Of a DNA stretch of 10,097 nucleotides, positions 1 through 7,020 are shown piece after piece. The DNA is from Methanobacterium sp. (GTDB lineage: Archaea > Methanobacteriota > Methanobacteria > Methanobacteriales > Methanobacteriaceae), in contig PMWA01000024.1 in the NCBI GenBank assembly GCA_003166335.1, positions 561-10,657 on the forward strand, read 5' to 3'. How positions within the stretch are numbered: position 1 is the stretch's first letter; every line of letters begins with the position of its first letter. The translations under genes and the position numbers were made by a program. The notes under the pieces were generated by a model. That model saw nothing but the letters and a program-made list of their open reading frames with translations. It did not search any database and was not told the origin of the DNA.

Positions 1-215
1 TCAAGGCTCTCCGCTGCTAATCTAGCTTGCATGGCAATATTGGCTGCACTCATACATCCCGGATTAGTGGGTATTATAGTGATTTTAGCCGTTTTTTCTT
101 CTTCGTTGACTTCAATGTCTCCAACTATTCCCATCTCCACTATACTAATACCCATGTGTGGATCAGGAATTTTCGCTAATGTTTCTCGTATTTTTTCAAC
201 TAATTCTTCAGTCAT
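1..215 (-). CDS. DUF59 / SufT-PaaD-like metal-sulfur cluster biosynthesis protein (3' end truncated by the window edge)
   Basis: Not in the ORF track. Manual translation from ATG at 215: MTEELVEKIRETLAKIPDPHMGISIVEMGIVGDIEVNEEEKTAKITIIPTNPGCMSAANIAMQARLAAESL..., open to the edge. It has the DUF59 pattern (L..I.DP..GISIVEMGIV, then T.PGC). SD-like GAGTGA lies just upstream. Confidence 0.88.
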   Translation of the reverse strand, partial: MTEELVEKIRETLAKIPDPHMGISIVEMGIVGDIEVNEEEKTAKITIIPTNPGCMSAANIAMQARLAAESL

Positions 216-348
216 ATTAATCACTCGTAAATTAATTTAAAATTCAAAATAATATACAAATTTTACATTTGAATTAAGAATGTATTCTTTTATATTCCTA
301 ATATTATATTTAAATTTAATTTTTTTTAGATCATTCCAATTTAGTTAA

Positions 349-1263
349 TTATTTTAACCTATGCCTTATCCTCACTGCAACTCCTTTAATTGCATTTTTC
401 ATCTCCTCACCAGATAAGACAGCTTTACCAACAGCCACCACTTCATCATTCTTTAAAATCACCACCTCATCACGGGGAATAATATCAGAGTCAGCATTAA
501 CAACCCCAGGTGCAAAGATAGTGTTAGTCTTCAAGTCAAAGTCAATTTCAACCAAGTTTTTATTTATACTTTCCTTAACGATGAATCCACCTTTAAGATT
601 AAGAGAATATAAACCAGTTTCATAATGAAATGTTGCTATTTGTTCTCCATCTTGGATTATACGTTTACTAAATCTACCCATCACTCTTGATCCATCAGGT
701 ATTAATGCAGAAGCATCTTCAGTGTTAAACTGATAACATGCAATAGAACGTAACTTTTTCAAATTTCTATTTTTGTCTCTGATTTTCTCATACTTCTTCA
801 ATTCATTTCCCAGATTTTCCATCGATTCATGTGACGTTACTCTGCCATCTTTACAAGTATAAACTGCATCATCTAAATATTCTTCACATACCCTCCTATA
901 ACCACCAGCCACATGGGCAATTACTTGTTTTCCATCCACATATTCAGTTAAACATTTACCTGTGACATCTATTTCCTCCTGGGACCAATCTCCAATAGTG
1001 GAAACATCATAAGATTGTATAGGATAAGTTTGTTCCAGTTCCCTAGGACATATCCCAAAAGGAGAAGTTAAAATTAATTCCTGAAAATTTTTAGTGGCTC
1101 TCATAAATATTCGATGTGATTTAGATTGGGAGTAAGGTTTCCTCATGCTGCAAGGTAAAACTATCACTACTTCACCCTGTGGTTTAATATGTCCCATTCT
1201 ATCCCTCCATCTCCGAACTTCTGGTCTGTAGAGGGATGCTTCAATAGTACATAAAATCTTCAT
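349..1263 (-). CDS. arcS: Archaeosine synthase ArcS-type protein (DUF5591 catalytic region + C-terminal PUA domain), short form lacking the N-terminal TGT-like region
   Basis: ArcS signature PC-x3-KPY-x2-S-x2-H is present as PCSMRKPYSQSKSH (aa 37-50), followed by LTSPFGICPRELE..YP..SYD. The C-terminus is a PUA domain (IFAPGVVNADSDIIPRDEVVILKNDEVVAVGKA...GVAVRIRH). SD GGAGG at 1276-1280. Confidence 0.85.
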   Translation of the reverse strand: MKILCTIEASLYRPEVRRWRDRMGHIKPQGEVVIVLPCSMRKPYSQSKSHRIFMRATKNFQELILTSPFGICPRELEQTYPIQSYDVSTIGDWSQEEIDVTGKCLTEYVDGKQVIAHVAGGYRRVCEEYLDDAVYTCKDGRVTSHESMENLGNELKKYEKIRDKNRNLKKLRSIACYQFNTEDASALIPDGSRVMGRFSKRIIQDGEQIATFHYETGLYSLNLKGGFIVKESINKNLVEIDFDLKTNTIFAPGVVNADSDIIPRDEVVILKNDEVVAVGKAVLSGEEMKNAIKGVAVRIRHRLK

Positions 1264-1372
1264 AGAATATCATTTCCTCCCAAAAAAATTAAATTTTAAG
1301 TTTAATTATAAAAAAACTAATTTGAAGTATATTAATTAAATTTTATTTTCAATTATAACAGATTTTTTCCTA

Positions 1373-2500
1373 TTATTCAAACGATTTAGGTATAGTAAAA
1401 CAGAATTTTGAACCTTTACCCAATTCTGATTCAACCCAAATATCTCCATTATGTCTCTCAACTATCTTTTTACACATAGAAAGTCCTATACCCGTACCGG
1501 GATATTCATTCTTTTCATATAACCTCTGGAATACTTCAAATATTAAATCTTTATGTTGTGAGTCTATTCCAATACCATTATCAATTACCTGAAAAATCCA
1601 TTCATTACCATTATCTTCAGCTTTAACATGAATTTCAGGTGCATCTTCTGCCCTGAATTTAATCGCATTCCCCAAAAGATTTTGGAAAAGTTGAGTAAAC
1701 TGGGATGGATCAACCATAATGGTCGGAAGTGCATCATAAGTTATTCGTGCATTATTCTCCTTTATAGATACTGTCAAATTTAAAATACTTTTATCCAATA
1801 CAGACTCAATATTAACCAATTTAAACGCTTCAACTTTACTGGTATTCCTTGAATATGTTAATAGATCTGTGATTAACTTTTGCATACGTTCAGCGCCATC
1901 AACAGCGTAATAAATATATTCATCAGCATCAGACTCCAATTGACCTTTATAACGCTTTTCTAAAAGTTTAACGAAACTAGTAACCATTCTTAAAGGTTCC
2001 TGCAGGTCATGAGATGCCATATAAGCAAACTGCTCTAATTCTTTATTAGAACGCTTTAATTCCTCAATAAGATTCTTTTTATCGCTTAATGCTATTTTTA
2101 AGTTATCCTCCATTTCTCTGCGCTTAGTAATATCCCTAGCTACATGAACACTTCCCATAACCTTCCCTTTCTCATCATAGATAGGTGATACAGTAACAAT
2201 AAAATAACCACCCAAGTTTTCCTCATAAACCTCAGAACTATGCTCTTTACCATCTTTTAATAGTTTTGAATGTGGACAGAAGTCAGGAGGACAGTTACTA
2301 CCATGTACAGCAGCAAAACACGGAACACCAATACATGATTCTGGTGTAACATCCAAAGTATCAGCCATGGCTTGGTTAACACGAGTAACTCTATGCTCTC
2401 CATCCAATATAGCTATAAGATCAGGGATAGCATCGAAAGTACGCTCCCATTCTTCCCTAATCATTATAAAAGGATTTATTGTCACATTTCCATCCTTCAA
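1373..2500 (-). CDS. Cytoplasmic PAS-domain sensor histidine kinase (PAS-HisKA-HATPase_c, Cph1/bacteriophytochrome-like kinase core)
   Basis: PAS runs from WERTFDAIPD to VHVARDIT. H-box ASHDLQEPLRMV, N-box QLFQNLLGNAIKF, G1 DNGIGID, F-box IFEVFQRL, G2 GTGIGL. No transmembrane segment. The start is uncertain: 2500 is TTG, with in-frame GTG at 2485 and ATG at 2464 as alternatives. Confidence 0.93.
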   Translation of the reverse strand: MKDGNVTINPFIMIREEWERTFDAIPDLIAILDGEHRVTRVNQAMADTLDVTPESCIGVPCFAAVHGSNCPPDFCPHSKLLKDGKEHSSEVYEENLGGYFIVTVSPIYDEKGKVMGSVHVARDITKRREMEDNLKIALSDKKNLIEELKRSNKELEQFAYMASHDLQEPLRMVTSFVKLLEKRYKGQLESDADEYIYYAVDGAERMQKLITDLLTYSRNTSKVEAFKLVNIESVLDKSILNLTVSIKENNARITYDALPTIMVDPSQFTQLFQNLLGNAIKFRAEDAPEIHVKAEDNGNEWIFQVIDNGIGIDSQHKDLIFEVFQRLYEKNEYPGTGIGLSMCKKIVERHNGDIWVESELGKGSKFCFTIPKSFE

Positions 2501-2616
2501 ATTGTTATCTAAGATAAAACATCACTATCCTCAAATTCCCTTTATATTTCAAAAAAATGATTTACTTGTTCAAATAATTAACTATTATAAATTCCTATAA
2601 TTCATTAACTTTATTC

Positions 2617-4119
2617 CTATTGTAAATATTCACCATTCAACCATCTAATTCTACATATGCTGGATAAATCCTTATTTAAAGAGATGATGTCATTTTTATC
2701 AAGTTTATGAACATCATCTTTCCCAACAATACGAGTTAAATTAGCTATCTCTTCTGTTGATAATTCTATAAAATTTGTGAGTCTATTAACCCCTTCTTTA
2801 ATATTTAATTGTTTCATTAGCTGAGGATTTTGAGTGGTGACTCCAGTCGGACATAATCCTGTATAACATATCCGATATTGCTGACAGTTAATAGCTATTA
2901 AAGCTGCTGTACCAATATAAACTGCATCAGCTCCTAATGCTAGGCATTTTGCAAAATCTGCTGATCGAAGCAACCCACCTGATGCTATCAATGATATATT
3001 ATCTTTAACTCCTAATTCAGTGAGGGTTTTGTGAGCTTGTGGAAGTGCAGCGAATATTGGTATACCTACATTATCACGGACGTAGAGGTCTGTAGCACCG
3101 GTACCACCACCAAAACCATCTAAAGCGATATAATCAATATTTGAATCAACCAGCACTTTAATATCGGCCTTAACATCTCCACATCCTATTTTAGCTCCGA
3201 CTGGTGCACCATGGGTAATCTCTCGTAAATATGAAACTTTATCTTTAATATCTTGTTGACTGGTCATATCATAATGATGAGCCGGAGAGTAAGCAGCCTC
3301 ACCTGACTCCAATCCCCTGATCCGTGCCACTTCAGATGTCATCTTTTCTGAAGGTAAATAACTACCTTTACCAGGATATGCTCCCTGTCCAAACCTAATC
3401 TCAACTGCAGCGGCTGATTTAAGAATATCTTCGTCAATCCCGAATCTTCCCGTAGAATATTGTACTATCCTACAATTTAATCCTTCAATTTTCTCTTCCG
3501 AGGTTAATCCTCCTTCACCCGTATTAAATCCTATATTAAGTTTTGAAGATGTCTTAGCTATGACTAATTTCACGTTCTTGGAAACAGCTCCAAAACTTAA
3601 ACCTGAAATCATAATGGGTGAAGACAACTTTAATGGTTTTTTTGCATTGGGACCTAGATTTACAGTAGTATTTACATGTTCTTCTCGATTTAAAGGAATT
3701 TTATTTACTTGTGCTGGTATGAATTGGATGTCATCTAAGGAGAATGGTAGTTTTTTTAATGAACCCATTGAAACTATCAAACTTTCATTGCTTATACTCT
3801 CCTCTTTGATGTCCACGACGGTCTGGTAGAATGATGGGTCTTCTAAAGATTTTCTTTTACGCATAAAAGTGTTACTTTCACCTGTACCTATCTGATTACA
3901 ATAATATAATGATTTTAGTTCATTTTCAAAAAAAACCGGACAAGTATTACAGAGGCATCCCTGTGCTTCAATATCACAGTGACTCACATCAATTCCGCAA
4001 AAAAGAATTTCACCATCACATTGATGAGGATAACTGGGACACAAAGGACAATGACATTCATCTCTATTCTCTTTAGTATCCGAGATTTTAGTCCTTATAC
4101 TTGCCAGTTCTACAACCAT
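2617..4119 (-). CDS. Glutamate synthase FMN-binding (large subunit domain 2, GltB2-like) family protein with N-terminal Cys-rich DUF2769-like domain
   Basis: GltS FMN-barrel motifs: PIMISGLSFGAVS, NTGEGG, EIRFGQGAYPGKGSYLP.EKMT.EVARIRG, SPAHH.D, DGFGGGTGA, ASGGL...DFAKCLALGAD. The [3Fe-4S] loop is C-x5-C-x4-C (CQQYRICYTGLCPTGVTTQNP). Residues 22-74 hold 10 Cys, including two CxCxxCP motifs. Confidence 0.88.
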   Translation of the reverse strand: MVVELASIRTKISDTKENRDECHCPLCPSYPHQCDGEILFCGIDVSHCDIEAQGCLCNTCPVFFENELKSLYYCNQIGTGESNTFMRKRKSLEDPSFYQTVVDIKEESISNESLIVSMGSLKKLPFSLDDIQFIPAQVNKIPLNREEHVNTTVNLGPNAKKPLKLSSPIMISGLSFGAVSKNVKLVIAKTSSKLNIGFNTGEGGLTSEEKIEGLNCRIVQYSTGRFGIDEDILKSAAAVEIRFGQGAYPGKGSYLPSEKMTSEVARIRGLESGEAAYSPAHHYDMTSQQDIKDKVSYLREITHGAPVGAKIGCGDVKADIKVLVDSNIDYIALDGFGGGTGATDLYVRDNVGIPIFAALPQAHKTLTELGVKDNISLIASGGLLRSADFAKCLALGADAVYIGTAALIAINCQQYRICYTGLCPTGVTTQNPQLMKQLNIKEGVNRLTNFIELSTEEIANLTRIVGKDDVHKLDKNDIISLNKDLSSICRIRWLNGEYLQ

Positions 4120-4186
4120 ACTTAAATAACCTTAAAATTTTTTTAGTAAAATATTATAGTTCTATTAACAAAAAAGATATTATAAT

Positions 4187-5944
4187 TTATATAAATCTCC
4201 TGGGATCGGTTTCAATATCCACAATAACTGACTTTTCTGATGCAAGAGCTTTATCAACTGCTCCTGGCAACTCTTCAGGAGTTTTAACCGAAATTCCCAT
4301 CCCACCACAATCTCGTGCATAAGCAGCGAAATCGGGGTTATAAAGTTCAGTTTGCCAGACAGGATATTTCTCCACTTTCTGCTCCTGCATAATCATGCCT
4401 AATTGATGATTATTAAATAGGAATATTTTAATAGGAAGTTCATTTCGGACAGCAGTTAAAAAATCAGCCATAACCATCGAGAATCCACCATCTCCCGTGA
4501 TGCATACCACTTGTCTTTCAGGATAAACTAATTGAGCAGTTAAAGCCGCTGGTAATCCATATCCCATACTAGCTAAGTAACCAGACATGAGTAATGTTTG
4601 GCTTTTCTTCATCCAAAAATTACGTCCAAACCACCAGCAATCCTCGCCGATATCCAAGGTCACAATGGCATCTTCTGCAATTTTCTCATTTAAAACTTTA
4701 ATTATATATTGTGGTCTTACAGGGGTTTTAGTATCGTCAGCTTCTTCATCTAAAAGATCTAACCATTCATTCTTAAGTTTTCTTATCTCCTCTAAATAAT
4801 CATCTCGTTTATTCTCCCGTACCAAGTCAATAATCTCTGGTATTATTTCAGCACTGTTTCCATAGAGTCCAACTTCAACAGGGTATTGTCGTCCGATCAT
4901 TAAAGGATCTATATCTATTTGAACTGCTTTTTTTACAGGCAGATGGGTCATATCCGAGAAGGATGATCCAATAACTATTAGTAAGTCACTGTTCAACACC
5001 AATTCCGTAGCAGCCGTTGATCCGATGTCACCGTGACTTCCCACATAAAGTTCATTATCTTCATCAATAACTCCTTTACCACGGAAGGTGGTAACTACTG
5101 GTGCGGTGATTTTTTCTGCAAGTTCTAGTAAGTTTTCACCTTGAGTGATAGCTCCAAATCCGGATACTATCACTGGACGTTCCGCATTATTTATTGCCTG
5201 AGCTGCTTGAAGTATTAGGAACATGGGTTGGGTTATGGCATTATTAGGGAAACTACCTTCGAAAGGTACTGTTTTAGAAGCGTAAGGCAGTTTTTGAACA
5301 TCATTAGGTATCCCTATATGAGAAACTCCTTTATCTAAAATAGCATGTTTTATGGCGTTAGTTATAAGGGTGGTGGTTTGATCTTCTGACATTAAAACTT
5401 TATTGTAAACTGTCATTGATTCAAAAAAACTTTGTTGATCGATTTCTTGGAATGAACCCGGTCCTATGAGTTGTCTTCGTAGCATTCCAGTCATCGCTAG
5501 TACTGGTGAGTGGTCGAGACTTGCATCGTAAAGTCCAGTGGCGAGATTAGTTGCCCCGGGACCGGCAACAGTAAGACAGGCTGCTGGATGTCCTGTTAGT
5601 TTGCCGTAGGCTGAAGCCATAAATGCAGCAGTCTGTTCATGTCTCACTTGTACATATTGTAGGGCATTGTTTTTTCGCACTGCTTCCAAAACACCTAAAG
5701 AAGAAGTCCCGGGCAAACCGAAAACATATTTAATACCCCATTCCACCATTTGCTCAACCAAAACATCAGATACAGTTGATTCTCCTTCTTTAAACTCCCT
5801 AACCTCTTTTTTGATTAAAATAAAAGTTTTTTTAGGAGAGTTACAAACGGGACATCTCCAGTTATCTGGAAGATCATCAAATTTTGTACCTTCCTTTTCT
5901 TCATCAAATATATAGTTACAGACAGTGCATCTATAATTAGCCAT
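4187..5944 (-). CDS. Rubredoxin-fused thiamine-diphosphate/FAD-dependent enzyme of the pyruvate oxidase / acetolactate synthase family (POX-like)
   Basis: Residues 1-41 form a rubredoxin ([11 protein letters not shown]...[15 protein letters not shown]). Then FGLPGTS, catalytic VRHEQ, GPGATN, FQEIDQ, a central FAD-domain region, and the ThDP/Mg motif GDGGFSM...FNN. SD GAGGA at 5951-5955. Confidence 0.9.
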   Translation of the reverse strand: MANYRCTVCNYIFDEEKEGTKFDDLPDNWRCPVCNSPKKTFILIKKEVREFKEGESTVSDVLVEQMVEWGIKYVFGLPGTSSLGVLEAVRKNNALQYVQVRHEQTAAFMASAYGKLTGHPAACLTVAGPGATNLATGLYDASLDHSPVLAMTGMLRRQLIGPGSFQEIDQQSFFESMTVYNKVLMSEDQTTTLITNAIKHAILDKGVSHIGIPNDVQKLPYASKTVPFEGSFPNNAITQPMFLILQAAQAINNAERPVIVSGFGAITQGENLLELAEKITAPVVTTFRGKGVIDEDNELYVGSHGDIGSTAATELVLNSDLLIVIGSSFSDMTHLPVKKAVQIDIDPLMIGRQYPVEVGLYGNSAEIIPEIIDLVRENKRDDYLEEIRKLKNEWLDLLDEEADDTKTPVRPQYIIKVLNEKIAEDAIVTLDIGEDCWWFGRNFWMKKSQTLLMSGYLASMGYGLPAALTAQLVYPERQVVCITGDGGFSMVMADFLTAVRNELPIKIFLFNNHQLGMIMQEQKVEKYPVWQTELYNPDFAAYARDCGGMGISVKTPEELPGAVDKALASEKSVIVDIETDPRRFI

Positions 5945-6002
5945 TTAAAATCCTCTACTAGCTTTATTCTATTTTATCTGGTTATATTTATGATTTTCAA
6001 TG

Positions 6003-6010
6003 TTTATAAA
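6003..6010 (-). promoter_or_regulatory. Candidate archaeal TATA box for the rubredoxin-POX / GltB2 unit
   Basis: TTTATAAA (self-complementary) about 60 nt upstream of the ATG at 5944, in the divergent intergenic region. The AT-rich background makes this weak. Confidence 0.35.
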
Positions 6011-6197
6011 AATATCTGATAATTTCGGTGAATATTAAAAGGATAAGTGATAAAATTTTATGTGAGTATGATTAGAAGTTCATGGGAGTTTAATTTTACT
6101 CTATAAATTGAAAAAGGATTTATTTATACTCTTAATTATAATGGATTTTTATTTTTGTCGAATTAATTATAACCTCTGAAATTCAAATAATCTTATT

Positions 6198-6950
6198 ATG
6201 GGTAATTATTACGTCAACGGCAGAGATGGTGAGTATTTCATAACCACTAAATCATATAAAAATCTTTATGCTTCATTTAAAAAACTTAAAATGGGAAAAA
6301 ATAGGATAATGCATGTAATTGGAGCTCCAGGTACTGGTAAATCTACTAATATTTATCATGCTATTAATGAATTGGATTTGAATTTTTATAATGTTAAATT
6401 AGATATTCCTCGACGAGTTATTGGTTCCGGAGAAGTTTTTAATAAAATTTTTGAATGTTTAAAGGATGATTTAGAGTTAGAGTCTAAAAAAGATATTTAT
6501 AAAAGGTTGGGTGAGTTTGATTTGGTTTTAATTGCCGATGATTTCCAAGATGCTCATCGTCAGAATCTTGGAGTTATGGGATTCAGTAAATGGACGGATA
6601 ATGTGGGTTTTAAATCCTTAAAATTTTATTTAATGTGTATTTGGGAATATTTGAATCATTGGAAGGATTTTAAGGATATAAATCTGGTTTTCCAGACTTC
6701 TTGGAGGATTTATATTGGTGGAGTGAAGTATGATTTATTTTCTGATCTTGGAATTTTATCTAGATTCTTAGTTTTCATTCTCAAAAGATTTTTTATTGTA
6801 GTGGAGATTTCATATTCAGAGGAGGAAACTATAAAAATAGTGAAAAACTATAATCCCCATGTTGATGAGAATCTTATTTTAATTTATATTAAAAAATATG
6901 GGCATAAACCTCGTTTTATATGTAATATGTTGGAAAGTGAATTTTTATAA
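6198..6950 (+). CDS. Uncharacterised P-loop NTPase (AAA+/STAND-like, single domain)
   Basis: Walker A hhhhGAPGTGKS (aa 42-49) and Walker B-like LVLIADD. The C-terminal YSEEETIKIV...YGHKPRFI resembles the helical lid / GxP motif of AAA+/STAND ATPases. Confidence 0.75.
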   Translation: MGNYYVNGRDGEYFITTKSYKNLYASFKKLKMGKNRIMHVIGAPGTGKSTNIYHAINELDLNFYNVKLDIPRRVIGSGEVFNKIFECLKDDLELESKKDIYKRLGEFDLVLIADDFQDAHRQNLGVMGFSKWTDNVGFKSLKFYLMCIWEYLNHWKDFKDINLVFQTSWRIYIGGVKYDLFSDLGILSRFLVFILKRFFIVVEISYSEEETIKIVKNYNPHVDENLILIYIKKYGHKPRFICNMLESEFL

Positions 6951-6978
6951 AAAAAATATTTTTTTGGAGATAGCATTG

Positions 6979-6987
6979 ATTTTTTTT
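6979..6987 (+). terminator. Possible oligo-T terminator between the NTPase and UbiA-like genes
   Basis: T9 run downstream of the stop at 6950, with another T7 run at 6959-6965. Archaeal intrinsic terminators are oligo-T tracts. Confidence 0.3.
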
Positions 6988-7020
6988 ATTTAAGAAATTA
7001 TAAAAAAAAGAAGTTTTAAT

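Noticed and set aside
31..240. Plus-strand 69-aa ORF
   Set aside because: Antisense shadow of the minus-strand DUF59 gene, with no recognisable motif.
2367..2600. Plus-strand 77-aa ORF
   Set aside because: Overlaps the kinase 5' end antisense and runs into AT-rich intergenic DNA. No motif.
3560..3829. Plus-strand 89-aa ORF
   Set aside because: Lies entirely antisense within the GltB2-like gene.
4101..4322. Plus-strand 73-aa ORF
   Set aside because: Antisense across the POX/GltB2 junction, with a non-ATG start and no motif.
4587..4799. Plus-strand 70-aa ORF
   Set aside because: Antisense shadow inside the POX-like gene.
5667..5915. Plus-strand 82-aa ORF
   Set aside because: Antisense shadow inside the rubredoxin-POX gene.
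4187..5944. Calling this gene ilvB (acetolactate synthase)
   Set aside because: No RFDDR motif, no adjacent small subunit or ilv genes, and it carries a redox rubredoxin fusion.
6198..6950. Anti-phage STAND/Avs or mobile-element ATPase
   Set aside because: No effector, sensor repeats, nuclease, integrase or transposase nearby, and the context is housekeeping. It cannot be supported from the sequence.
6949..6965. A-run/T-run palindrome after the NTPase stop
   Set aside because: A homopolymer-only stem, better explained as an ordinary oligo-T terminator or low-complexity sequence than as a structured RNA or operator.
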